64,000 nt of DNA from Podarcis erhardii (Eukaryota), in the NCBI GenBank assembly GCA_964252035.1, contig OZ176208.1. The stretch is one strand, 5' to 3'. Made by a program: the position numbers and the translations under genes. Within the stretch, counting starts at the first letter, position 1. Every line of letters starts with the position of its first letter. Below, piece after piece: positions 13,227-25,127 of this stretch. Below the pieces are notes generated by a model. It had not been told where the DNA came from and did not search any database. It worked only from the letters and a program-made list of their open reading frames with translations.

Positions 13227-13834
13227 GTCTTCTCCCAACTGCGCCCCCTGCACTTCGCTCCCCCCCCCCCCGCCCCGCCGTCTCTCTGCTCCGCAGCGGA
13301 GTTGAGTTTGGTGGAATCTCTGCTGACGTCACGCGGCTCCCTGGCCAGGCAGAGCTAGGCGAGAGGAGCCCGAGGAGAGGCGAAGAAAGGCAGAGAGACA
13401 CAGGCAGCGTGTCCGCCCCGGGAAAGCACAGCGGTCCCGCAGCGAAGCCGCCAGGAGCCTGCCTGCCAGCCTGCTTGCCAGCCTGCCTGCCTGCCTGCCG
13501 TCGAGCCGCGGCCAACAGCTCCCTCCCGCCGTGGCCCCCTCGACGGAACGCCGCGCGCCTGCCGGCCAGCCTTCCTTTCTCCTTGGGGATCCTTGCCTTG
13601 CTCCGGCTTCCTCGCCGTCCCAGGCTGGCCGTAGTGGTGCTGCTGCTGCTGCGCTTGCTGGAGGAGGCGGAGGAGGCGTCTGTGGGCGACTCGAGTCGTC
13701 CACCAACTCTCATCTCGAGCCTGGGATTTGCTAAAAGCTTCGGCCCAGAAGAAGAAGACGAAGAAGGCGGCGGCGATCAGGGAGGGCGAAGGGGGGAAAA
13801 CAGAGAGAGCGACGCGCGCTTGCAAAAGGAGCCG
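13227..13834 (+). other. PITX2: PITX2a/b non-coding exon 1 (5' UTR); 5' end uncertain
   Basis: Contains GAGTTTGGTGGAATCTCTGCTGACGTCACG (13304-13333), which I recall from the mammalian PITX2 5' UTR. Ends in AGCCG|GTAAG (donor at 13835), matching the recalled mammalian junction ...AGCCG/ATAACGGG with exon 2. Confidence 0.75.
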
Positions 13835-16800
13835 GTAAGCAAAGCCAGGGAGGCCCGTCGCTGCCTTTGGCCCGGCGGTGTGAGATAATGTGAATCGGCC
13901 AATTGGTTCCACTTCGCCAGACTTGCCCCGAAGGGTGATTTGTGGCGTTTGGGGGGCGAGCGGAGGGGGCCGTCTGGGCTGGCCGCAGACCTTGGGGTGT
14001 GTGTGTGTTTGCAGTTATAAATGCGGTGTGTGGGCTGGGGGGCTTTGGGGAGGATTGGCTGTGGGCTTGCCAAAAGCAGTGCCCCCCACCCCACCCCTTT
14101 TCGCGCGCTCGCAGTTTAAACCAAGGACTCCAGCTTAAACCAGACGTCTTGGGGGACCGGCCTCCTCCCCCCAGGGGGATGTTGAAAGAAAAGAGGAGTC
14201 GAGGCGAAGGACCTGCTGCAGGCCTTTCGGATCTGGGGCCGTTTGTAGACCCAATTGGCTACCTTTCCTTTCGCGAGCCGTCGGTTTGGAAGGGCTGGGC
14301 TCTCGCTAGACTTGGAAGAGTCAGCCAACGCTGATCGCCAAGGAAAGACAATAAATTACCCTTGTCTTCTAATTGGCGTAACAACAGTAAACATAATAGT
14401 CATCTCCATCAGTACCACTATGATGAGGGGTGCTGCAGCTACTCCCACGACTATTTGCACCAGAAAGCTACTAACGCGCTACCAGTTAAGTATACCAGCT
14501 GCAGGTTACTAGTTACAGTATATTAGGATTTAACACAAACACACACCGAGCTTCCTCCAAAGTTTCGTGGCCAGTTTCACTCCCTACCCCTAAAGGTTAA
14601 TCCGCTGCTTCTTCAAATGCAAAATGAATCATTTTCCTTTACACCCACACACCCTCCCTATTTCCCCCCCCCCTTTCTTTTTAAAAGGCATCAGAAAAAG
14701 AAGTTTAATAAATTAACAAAGGGGTTGCACTGGCAAGAAGAAAGTGCTGCTTTCCTAGGAAATTTGCCTAGTTTTGCAAAAGTTTCTTCTCAGCGCGCGC
14801 CTAAGTAAACGGTATTCCTCTGGAGGGAAACGTCGTGTATATTGTAGTTTCTCTCTGTCTGTCTGTCTGTCTCGCATTTAAGGTTTGCAGATCCTTAAAG
14901 TAACGGAAACAAATACAGGCGATGTCTTATGCATATGCCGCTTGTATATTTTTGTTCTCCTTTTGGTCCGGGCCTTGTTTCAGTTACAAAATAAGGTCCG
15001 AATTAGCATTTTTTTAAAAAAAAAAAGAGTTTAAACTGATTTGTGTGTGTACAAAATCGGTTAGGGTTCTGCTGCTGTCTGCAGTCAGCCACCAATTCAA
15101 TTTCCTCACTTCCTAGAAAGACAGAAAAGAAGCCCCTCCAAATTCTGGTTTCTAATCTGCCATCAATAATATTTTATTTTATTTTTCTCTCGGTAATTAT
15201 CATTTAATTGTATGCCTCGCTGCATGTTGCTGATAAAAATATCTGAGAACAGCTTAAAGACGCGAATTTTGCTAAACCATTTTTAAAAGTGTGGGGGAGG
15301 GTATCTTTATTATTATTTAATTGTGATTCGCGTTGCTTGCTTGTAAAATAGTTAACAGCGTCTTAAATGGTGCAAATTTTGCTACACGCCTAAAATAGTA
15401 TTTTAAATCATAATACAACAATATTAAATAAGGGACGAGCAAAAGTGGGTTAAAGATCAGATTTGCAAATGAACAAGAATCTAGTTTTAGTTCTGATCAC
15501 CCTATTACCCTCCCCCAAATGATTTTGTAATAAGCCGCATTGATTTAATCAATGGGATTCCTTCCACGTAAATCAGTTTAGCATAGGAAGCTAATATTAG
15601 TAATATGGCGGAAAGCTTGTGGAGTTACTCGCGAAAAGTTCCTACAGATCCCGTGTAATCGGCCTGATTTACTCACCTCCCCCCGTTTTTGTGATGTAGA
15701 TATACGGAGAAACAAACAGTTATGTAGTTATGGATATAATTAGGACCTGGGTCTTTCAGAATCGATTTAGCGTGACAATTTATTTACAGCGCTAAATTGT
15801 GCCCCCCACCTCCGCAACATACACTGCAATCTGACAATCGGTGGTGACTCTCCCCCCCCCCCAATAAATGTGCTTAGGTTTGTGCTGCAAAACTGTTTAT
15901 TTCTTAAGAGCCCTGGAAACCCTGTAATAAAATAAATATTAATATACATATGAATGGCAGAAGGATTTTTAAAAAGTGTGGATAATTATAACTGTTGACA
16001 TTCCAGGTGGTTATATGTCTGTCTTTGCAGGATATAATCTTGTCCAGATTTTGGAAGAAGGTTGGAGGGGGGGGGAGGCGACTTTAAAACAGAGAAAAAT
16101 AAATTGCGCGTCTCAGGTGGTTAGATAAATTAGCCATCAAGGTAGGCGTTGAAACAGGGCGACCAAATTTGTCATGCGAGGCTTGTCTTGACAGAACCGG
16201 TTTAAGGATCATCAGAGAGGAATTAGGGGGTTTTCTTAATTGCCTTCCTTAACAATTTCACCACAGCTCACATACTAGGCCTCTTTATTGGAAAGGGCGT
16301 TTCATACACTCAGCGAGCCATCCTCTTTCGGCTCCCTGGAGCTGGGAATATAAATGGCTCGGCCCTATTAGAATTCTGAGAGTTGTCTCAAGAAATAAAC
16401 ATTCACTGACCTTTCGGGTGCCCCGATCCTCTGCATATTTACCTGGAATGATGTCTCATTTATTTCAGTGGGACCCACTTGGGTATTAAGCTTAGGATCT
16501 GGCCGTTAGTTGAAAAGAAGGCCCATCGACTTCGAAATAAGGCTGCGATCCTAAATCCACGTGCAGCCTAGTCCCAGGGAACTGAGTGAGACTTCTCCCT
16601 TAAGTAAGAACCTACGGATTGCACCCTTCAATTGGGGGAAAAATAAGTTGCATTGCAAGGGGAAGCGTTTGCAAGTAAACGCGCTCAGGATATGGGTGAT
16701 GCTATTAGGATATTCGATTAGGGATCGTATTCGGAATCTTTAAAAAAAATGCTGTCGATGGCGGTTCCCCCCTCTAAAATCTTAACCCGCTTCTTAGTCA

Positions 16801-18896
16801 TATTTATTTATCCGATCCAGATTTCTAAAGAAGGATAAGCACCGGCTAATAGAGGAGCGCCATTGAAATGGGGAGGGGGGTTTCAAAGGGGGAAATTACC
16901 CAAACGATGATGACATGCAAATTTTTCACCCAAATTATCATAAGTAAACATCTGAAGCCTGGGCTAATAAAATCCCATCTGTGTTACTTCATATCGAGTT
17001 AGTCGAGAGCGCTGATAATGATTTTTGTAATATCTCCCGAACAGACATCTCAATCAGGCACTAATCCTGAGATTTTCCCCACCTTTAAAGAAGGGGGGGG
17101 GGACCCTCAGAATTACTAAAACCCGCAGCTTCCAAATGTGGCACCCCAGAGCTCTTCCGAAGGAGGCCTCCTGAGGGTGCCCTCCGTGTAAACCAAGCGG
17201 GGTGGGAGCCCTGGCTAGGCGGTGGTCTGCGTTGGGGAACCCTCCTTTCCTCTCGCTCCGCGGGTCATCAGCCAATTCCCCTGAAGGTGTTTAGAACGGT
17301 TTTCGAAATCCCTTCTACAAGAATAGGACCGGGAGGTTCTGTATACCTACCTGGTTGGAGGAGTCAGCGAGCTTATCCTGGTCAATTTCTCCGTGGCTGC
17401 AGAGAGCCAAAACTCACGACGGATTGCACAAGTTCCGTCTCTGCTCGGGGTGAACTCAGCCCTCATTTTAAGGGAATCTCCTTCTTAAATTCGGGGGCAC
17501 CAAAATTTCCGTAGAATGAAAGTCCCTGGACTGCCGGGCACAGTCATTCACGAGAATGTCTTCTTTCTTTTTGATTTTGTGTATTTTTTTTTTCTCTCAT
17601 TGGGGGGCGGGAGGTAAATGTGCGCACACACACACACACACCCCACTGTCCTTGAAAATAAACCCGGCCACTTTGCATCCCGGCTGTTTTTCTAGATTAG
17701 TTCTATAATGAGAGCTACGAATCTCCAAATCCTTTCTCCTCTTTACTTAAATGGTGGCAACTTTTAAAAAGTCGGACAAAAGAGGAAAGACCGCGCAGGC
17801 TTTAATTTTCAATTCAGGGAAGCAGCTGGTTGCATTATTTGAATGGGTTTAGGCACGCCTAGCTCGGCATAGGATCTGGCTGAGCCTAATTAATTAGTTG
17901 CCCGATCCTAACCCTGCATTTACTGGGAATTAAGTCGCGGGAATTTTAGTACGACTTGCTCCCAGGTAAGTGCGCAACCTTATGCGCCCGATCCTCCTGT
18001 TTTCTCCTCGATGTGTAGGAAGTGTCTGGGATCGGAGCACCGGAAGTGCATCCTATTGAGTTTCACTCGGGCCTACTTTTGCAACAAAGAATTAAAGGGT
18101 CAGGATTCTACATCACCAGGGTACGCCAGTCCCATTGACAGCAGCGCGTCGCTTCAAATTTGGCTAGTGAAGGTCCCCCTGGTAGGTTAGTGAAACTGAA
18201 CGAAGCTTTTTACAGAGGAAGAAGGGTAAATTCCATTCAAAGACATTTTCATTAGACAAGCTGAGCAAAGCTATTTTCTCTCTCTGTCTTCCCAGCAAGA
18301 CACAGAGTGGGTAGCGCCTGACTACAGCCACAGGTTGTTGTTTTTTTACAAACCTAAGGGAAGTCCAATCCCAACACCCCCTCCCCACAATAATAATTCT
18401 TTCAAGTGTTTCTGAATTGAGACGGTTATGTCAAGTGAGAAATATCCCTAGAGGCGATGGGCATTACTCAGATTCCACGCGTCAAATGATGCACATTAAT
18501 TTACATTAGTTTTGCATTGGTGAGGATGCGGATAATTGTGTATTATTATTACTATTACTACTACTATTTTCTGCCTTATATATTCCATAGTGGGTCTTTA
18601 AACACCAAAACTGAGACACAAGGAAGAGGGAAGTTGAGTGGCCAGGTACCACATTAATTTTCTCCCAAACCAAAAAGCCCGAACCACACCACCCAGTCAA
18701 GCCGACTCTCTTTGAGTTCCAGAAGATGTGGTTCAATCGATTTTAAACAAACAAACAAACCTCGATTTTCCTGGACTTGGAGCCGGGACTAAAAAAAAAT
18801 CGCGTAGGGATCTCCGCCCTCCCCTTCCTCTTGCGTTTAAATGCCCAAAGAGCAGTGGCGTAGCGTGGGTTGTCAGCACCCGGGGCAAGGCAAGTA

Positions 18897-18964
18897 ATTT
18901 GCGCCCCCTAACCCGTGGATTTGCGCCCCCTAACCCGTGGATTTACGCCCCCTAACCCTAACCC
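18897..18964. repeat. 22-bp minisatellite (about 3 units) ending in CCCTAA repeats
   Basis: atttgcgccccctaacccgtgg x2, then atttacgccccctaaccctaacccc. Confidence 0.9.
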
Positions 18965-19341
18965 CCAGATGTTGCGCCCGGTGCGGCCGGCCCTCCCTGC
19001 ACCCCCCCACGCTACGCCACTGCCAAAGAGGAAAGAAACCAGCAACACAAGCCTAACCATACTCCCCTCTCCGCCCACGAAGTTAAGTCCCACCGAATAT
19101 GTTTAGGATTGCAGGCACCTCCCTCCAACCAAACATCTGCCGCCCCCCACTTTTCACCTCCTTTCTTCTCCAGACCGGGGGGGAAAAAACCCGATGGTAA
19201 ACTAGGCAACTGTTACGTGTTTTGTTTTGTTTTTCTTTCCTTTGCTTAAGACATCTTTTAAGAGGCGCTCGGCTTCATTCTGTGTGTCTTCTTAACGCCC
19301 AAATGCATCTAATGCATCTAATGTTTTGCAGATAACGGGTT

Positions 19342-19387
19342 ATGGAGTCCAACTGTCGTAAACTTGTATCGGCTTGCGTTCAGTTAG
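19342..19387 (+). CDS. PITX2: PITX2a/b first coding exon (exon 2; full exon 19332-19387), MESNCRKLVSACVQL
   Basis: Acceptor ttttgcAG|ataacgggttATG and donor TTAG|GTAAG; 46 coding nt; peptide matches the vertebrate PITX2a/b N-terminus (human METNCRKLVSACVQL). An in-frame TAA lies 9 nt upstream of the ATG. Confidence 0.97.
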
Positions 19388-20299
19388 GTAAGAGAGATAT
19401 TTCCCATCGATTTACACTTCGCGAGAATGATGTCGACCTGCGGTGTGCATTTGTTTTGATTTGTGGGTGGGTTGTGTTTTTTCAAATCTGTTAAAGCACC
19501 TGGGTGATGGGCACGCGGATGTATGCATAATATCTACCGAAGGATGTCCTGGCAAAGAGAACCACCCCCAGTGGCCACTTCCATCCCCATCCCATTTGCA
19601 GCCCGATCCCTAATCCAGTTGAGGGGGAGTGTCCTGTGGCCTTCTGACTGTTTGTTGGAGCCCAGCTCCCATCAGCCAAAGGCCAAGGAAGATAAAAGTT
19701 AATCGATTTCCGAAGAACCAAAGGTTGCGTAATTTATTTATTTTTATCACAGTATTGCAACGCAGATTTGATGCTTCTGTGTTGAGAGTAGGAATCGAGG
19801 GGTGAAGATTCTCTGAAGGGATCGGGACTAGCCTGGCTTTCAGTCTTCGAACTCCGGCTTAGCTGGACTGTGGTTCCAGCGCCCTTGAGTTTCCTATCCT
19901 GGCACCTCGATTCGAGGCGTCCTGCTAGACCCAGTGTTTCCTATCTCTGCCGTGTTTGATCTCTGCCGCAGAGCTCTGTGTAAAGTCCAGGATGCCCACT
20001 GGCCTGGCTAAGGCAGGCTGCTGGGGTGGCTACTCCTGGTCCAAGGCAGAGAAAGCGGAGGAGCGGGGAGTCCCAGGGTTGGGTTGGGTTGGGGGGTATG
20101 AGACGGGACTGCCCTTTCCACAAACGTGTCCTACGCGTGCTTGCTTTCCAAACGCACTTTCCCTAATTCGCTGTCTCTCTTTCTTTGTCCCCCTTTCGTC
20201 GCTCTCTCTGCCTGCTTGCCTGGCCTTTCCTTCTCCCGATCCACGACCCTCTTTTTCTTTTTCTTTCTCTTTCTCTTTCTCCCTCTCCCTCTCTCTCAG

Positions 20300-20437
20300 G
20301 GGTACAACCTTCTGCTGTTGAATGCCTTTTCTCCAAAGACTCTGATATTAAAAAAGGAGAATTCAATGATTCTCCAGAGAGCAGGAAGGAAGCTTCTAGC
20401 AGCAAACTGTTCGGAAGGCAACACCCCAGCGCCAATG
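20300..20437 (+). CDS. PITX2: PITX2b-specific cassette exon 3 (138 nt, 46 aa)
   Basis: GVQPSAVECLFSKDSDIKKGEFNDSPESRKEASSSKLFGRQHPSAN; long CT-rich tract plus CAG acceptor, AATG|GTGAGT donor; phase 1/1. Confidence 0.97.
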
Positions 20438-21281
20438 GTGAGTCTGCCCACCCCTTTCTGGTCAGCCTCGCACTTGAATCTAGCCTCCCCTATCCCCCCC
20501 CCCATATTCCCATCGGTGTCTCCTAGGAAAGGTTGATAGGCGCGATCTTGGATCACTGCGCCCAGTCGAACGAGATTCAAGTTGCAACTACAGTGCATAG
20601 CGTATTGTGTGTGGGCCAGGAAAGCGGTGCGCGGGTGGGGCGGGGCACTTCTATTGCTTCTGCCTTTTAAAGCTTTCTTTAGCAGCTGTTGGATTCTACG
20701 CGGCCGCCCTGGTGATGTTTGTGCGCCTCCCAGGCCCAATCTCCCCTCTTTCTGCTTTAATCGCCAGCGCTGCGCTTCGACCTAAAGGAAGTGCAACAGC
20801 GCCCTCTGCTGCTCAGGTCCATGGGAACTGCGGGCAGCGCGGTCTGTGTGCGGGGTGGGGCGGGGAGCGGGTAAATTCTGGACGAAAAGGCTTGTTTGCC
20901 AAAGTTAATTTGGTTCGGGATTTTCCGCGTGAAGGGTGTAACAATTGTACTGAGCTTGTCTCTGTGGTCCCGAGGTGTCCTCGGTAAGCAGCAATCCTCT
21001 CCCGAAGCCGTGGGCGATTCTCCCCACCCCAAACAGCAGCAGCCTCAACCAAACTCCCATACAAACTCTCACTAAATTCAAGGCAGGGGAGACTTCGCCT
21101 TAGACGTGTGGTGTTTGCAAAAGAGCAACATGGCAACGTCAGAGAGCTGGGAAGGGCCGGAGGCATCCGCGAAGGCGCAGTCAGGTACCCTTCGCTTGAT
21201 GCCTGACATCATTAGAAAAGCTGGCATGTTCCTTTCCGAAACAGGAATCGAGGCAGCTCAATCCTTCTGAATGTTTACTTG

Positions 21282-21283
<2 letters not shown>

Positions 21284-21318
<35 letters not shown>
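21284..21318. repeat. (TG)n microsatellite
   Basis: Direct reading. Confidence 0.95.
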
Positions 21319-21322
<4 letters not shown>

Positions 21323-24300
21323 CATATATATGGAACAAATCCCACCCCACTTAAAAGAATGAGCACCCACCCACCCAAAAAAGACCACAAGCATAACTAG
21401 TAGCCTCTCAGTTTAGAACCAATAACCTGGGTGGGTTAAATAAAATGCTTTTGACTGGCACCATCAAGGGCTCCAAATGAGGTGCCACCACTGGAGAGGC
21501 CCCATACAAAATGCTTACAAAATAATAGACCTTATCTTACCACAACTCTCTGACACAAAGTGAGCTCTGCTTGATTTTACTTGGAGCAGCTTAGAGCGAA
21601 CGAGTTACACAGTATCTCCCAGGCTAGAAAACAAAGACATTGCGGTGCCATGATTTCTGCCTTATCTGATGCCAACCTAATTTTGCTGGCATAAGATATA
21701 GTAATCTAAATTAATATTAAAGGAGAAGAGACTGTGTTAAGAATGTAACTTCTGTGATAAACAGTGGCATGAAGTAACATAGTCTCTCTCTCTCTAACGC
21801 ACACCCACCCACCACAAATAGCTGTACTGGTCAATTGTTTTCAGTCGACATCCACTGATTTCCTAGACTCCGATTGCATACCAGTTCTTTTTACACAGAA
21901 AACTGAAAGCTTTGTATAATTTTAAAAGCGGGGGGGGGGTAGTTTTGAACTTTCCTCTTGATGACCGGTAGGTATATCCCTTCAGAAACACGCATTTCCC
22001 CACTATTTAAAATAGAATACAAAACACAATCCTTTATATGTCTACTCAGAAGTAAATCCTACTGACTTCATTGGGGCTTATTCCGAGGTAAGTGGCATAA
22101 AGAGGCCGCATTGATTTAAGCTTTGTGTAACAGATCAAGATATGCTGATACTACCACGCTTATTATACCATACATACCACACCCGGTTCTTATACCAACA
22201 TTACAAAACCATCGCATTTTCTGCAGTGTGGGGTGGGGTGGGAGAGAGCTACTTTAGAGTAAGGATTCGATGCTTTACATCCTACTATTGAAATCAAGAT
22301 GTTAAAATCCCTGTTTTGATCGTGACTGAAAGATAAGACAAAGGCCTTCCTAGTGCACTTTTACTTGGAAGCAGGTCGGTTTTATCTGGTGGTAAAAGAC
22401 CCATCAGTGAGTGAAAAGTCATTTCTTCAACTCAAGTAACAGGTGATTATTATAGCGCCCGTCTACCAAGGGAAATGAGAGTCTTAACGATGGAGGTCAC
22501 TTTTTAGGCTGCACTTGCACTTACCTGAGAGTAACCCCCACTGAGCCCAATTTGGCTTACTTATGAGGAGACATGCGTAAGGATCGTGGTGTTGAGCGTG
22601 CTTTAAGCTACACACTTGCTTGGGAGTGAACCCTATTGAATTCCGTGGGACGTTCTTCTGAGACATCAGACTTAGAGGGTTGTGTCATATATGGTTTCGT
22701 AGATCGATCGGAGCCCCACTGAAAAGGAGGACGGGTTCTGTTTAATATATTCAGATGCCCAGATGTGCTCCTAAGCGCCTGTATTCGTGCCACCTTCAGA
22801 ACAGAATCTTTTATTGCTGACTAATTAATATAGACTTCGCTAATTGGCCGCATTTACGAACTAACACGAGGACCTTCCAATTCCACGTAGAAACAACCGC
22901 TGAAAGAGATCTTCCTGCGCTATTCAGCCAATCTGAAGGAGGAGCATGTAGTCCGCCTTAAGTAATTCCGGGATGCTCCGTCGAACGCCAGTTGCACTGA
23001 CATCAAGCAATCCGACTTCTGAGCGAGAGCTTAGATTTGGAACCATTTCCAAATGCTCCGTGACCTTTTCACTCTTCTCGCTGAGAAACAAGTGGCTATT
23101 TTTCTAACCGTTCATTAAGAGCCTGGGGTTTTGTATCTACATGTTACATTTCCTGCCCTGCACAATGATCCGTGAGTCTGTTTTTCACCCTCTGAAATCA
23201 GAAGGGAAATTGCTATGTAAACATATAAAGACCATTGGTGGGGGGGTGTTGTTGTTAAAACACGCATACACGCAAGTTTAGCCTACGAATTCGATTCAAC
23301 GGCTGCCATCCGATACACGCTTACCCGGAAATAAGTCCCAACTCAATGGCACTTCCGAGTAGACACCCACAGGATTGTACTGTAGGTTGATTTGTTGCAG
23401 TGGAAAGAGTGGCACGAAACCGGCTTCAGACCAGATATTTCGGCTGAAGTAAGTTTCGGGCTGTTCTGTCCTACCTAAGGAATCCATTGGCCTTCACGGT
23501 ATAACAGTAATGCAATCCATTGGCCTTTGGTACAATGGATTCTCAATGGTGACCATCTTCATGGCAGAAGGGACTGGCCAATGTGTGGAGATGACAGAAC
23601 TAAACTGAGCAGCCAGACATGGCTAGACAAAGGGTACATCCGGATTGACTGGTAGATCTCTGGGAGACTTGCAGTAGATCCCAAGGATTTCTGAATTAAG
23701 GATAACAACAGATTCTGGTGGTGGTGGTTATTGTCTTCAAAATAGGCTGGTGATGGTAAGCAAGTTTGGGGAGAAAACCTGGAATGGATTTGTGTCTATG
23801 GATGGGGACCTCATTTCTGACACTGAAAACAAAGTCCTTGACTGAGATGCACCCTGGGTGCCCTGTTCCTTAATCCTTTGTGAACATAGCACCTCTAGTT
23901 CTGGGTTGGGAAGAGAGAAAGGAGCTCCCATAAACCTGAAGTGAGAAAGTTTGACGCAAATGTTTAGCTTTGATTGCCTTTTTAAATAAGTGAGATTTAA
24001 GTGTTTCCTTTTCACCTCCCTCCCCCCCCCCCCCACACACACACCAGCCATGCTTAAGAGCAGACACCATCCCCAAACGCTCTTTCCCAGAGAAAAGTCC
24101 CACTGATTGAGGACTGGAAAGGCTTCGCCAGCGTATTAAATCCTTACTCCCCAAGTAAACGATTTTCAGAAGGGTAGTTGTGTCACTCTGTTAAAGGGAA
24201 AACTACGCCTAGTCTTGTGGCACTTCGAAGATGTCCTCAAATGTATTCATAGATTTTCTAACTCTAGACGCTTCAACTACAAAAGTGCGGGATCTGCCAG

Positions 24301-24704
24301 GAAGGTCTCCTGCGCAAGCCCCATTGAAATGAACGGGGGCTCCACCAGAGCAGGATGGCCTGGCTTAATAACTTCTTTTTCTTCTTTGGCATCACTCATG
24401 GCCGAGTAAGATTGTCTTCCATGAACATGGAAGTGAGTCTGTAAGGGACTGCGGAAGCCAATTCTAGATCCACACGTCCTTCCACAGTGGGGACAGAGGG
24501 GTCTGGTTTTTTTGGGGGGGGGGGAGTTGATAACGGTGAAGGTTTGCCAAACCTGCCTTCCTCTTGGCACGTTTCTCCCTTTCGTTCTGAGTTCCAGCAT
24601 CTTCAAAGACCATGACACCTTTGGTAAACAGCCTGTTCTCCAATCGGAGCGCTCACAAGGCCAGCGTTTCCCAGTTGCCGGTATTTATGCTACATTTTTT
24701 TTAG

Positions 24705-25127
24705 TTATAGATAGGTAGCCGTGTTGGTCTGCCATAGTCAAAACAAAATAAAATAAAAAAATTCCTTCCAGTAGCACCTTAAAGACCAACTAAGTTAGTT
24801 CTAGGTATGAGCTTTCGTGTGCAAAAAGCCATTTTTCACATGACAAAGCCATTTTTCACCTTCTCACCCCTTGCTTTTTCCTGTAAGACCTATTGCAGTC
24901 GTTAAGAGTCGTCAACAGGCTCATCACAGCTATCTGCCAATCACCCATTCCCACCACCCTTCTGAGTAATACCCCTCCCCACCTTCCCACTATTTAGAAG
25001 GGTCTGGTGACTTCTGTTTCAGTGTATCTGAAGAAGTGTGCATGCACACGAAAGCTCATACCTAGAACTAACTTAGTTGGTCTTTAAGGTGCTACTGGAA
25101 GGAATTATTTTATTTTATTTTGTTTTG
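24705..25127. mobile_element. Penelope-like element remnant with inverted pseudo-LTR termini
   Basis: 87-bp inverted repeats at 24737-24823 and 25043-25129 (1 mismatch by eye); 13-bp target duplication acattttttttag at 24692-24704 and 25128-25140; gtagccgtgttggtctg...gtagcaccttaaagaccaactaag is characteristic of lizard Penelope termini. Confidence 0.85.
25024..25061 (+). ncRNA. Minimal type I hammerhead ribozyme motif within the Penelope pseudo-LTR
   Basis: GUAU-CUGAAGA-A-GUGUGC(AU)GCACAC-GAA-AGCU-C^AUAC: stem I GUAU/AUAC, core CUGANGA and GAAA, palindromic stem II, palindromic AGCU stem III; predicted cleavage after C25057. Confidence 0.75.

Noticed and set aside
13130-13888. 252-aa + strand ORF (and overlapping minus-strand ORFs) across exon 1
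   Set aside because: No ATG start, low-complexity GC-rich composition, and it crosses the exon 1 donor. When spliced to exon 2 it is out of frame with PITX2 and stops within 10 codons. An in-frame TAA 9 nt before the PITX2 ATG also excludes an N-terminal extension.
9345-18544. Isolated FoxH1-consensus octamers (AATACACA 9345; TGTGTATT 17578 and 18537; also TGTGGATT 5489)
   Set aside because: Single sites occur at about chance frequency in 64 kb and lack pairing or Smad context.
23481-23545. Direct repeat aatccattggcctt x2 plus a short inverted copy
   Set aside because: Too short and isolated to assign; probably a decayed repeat or local duplication.
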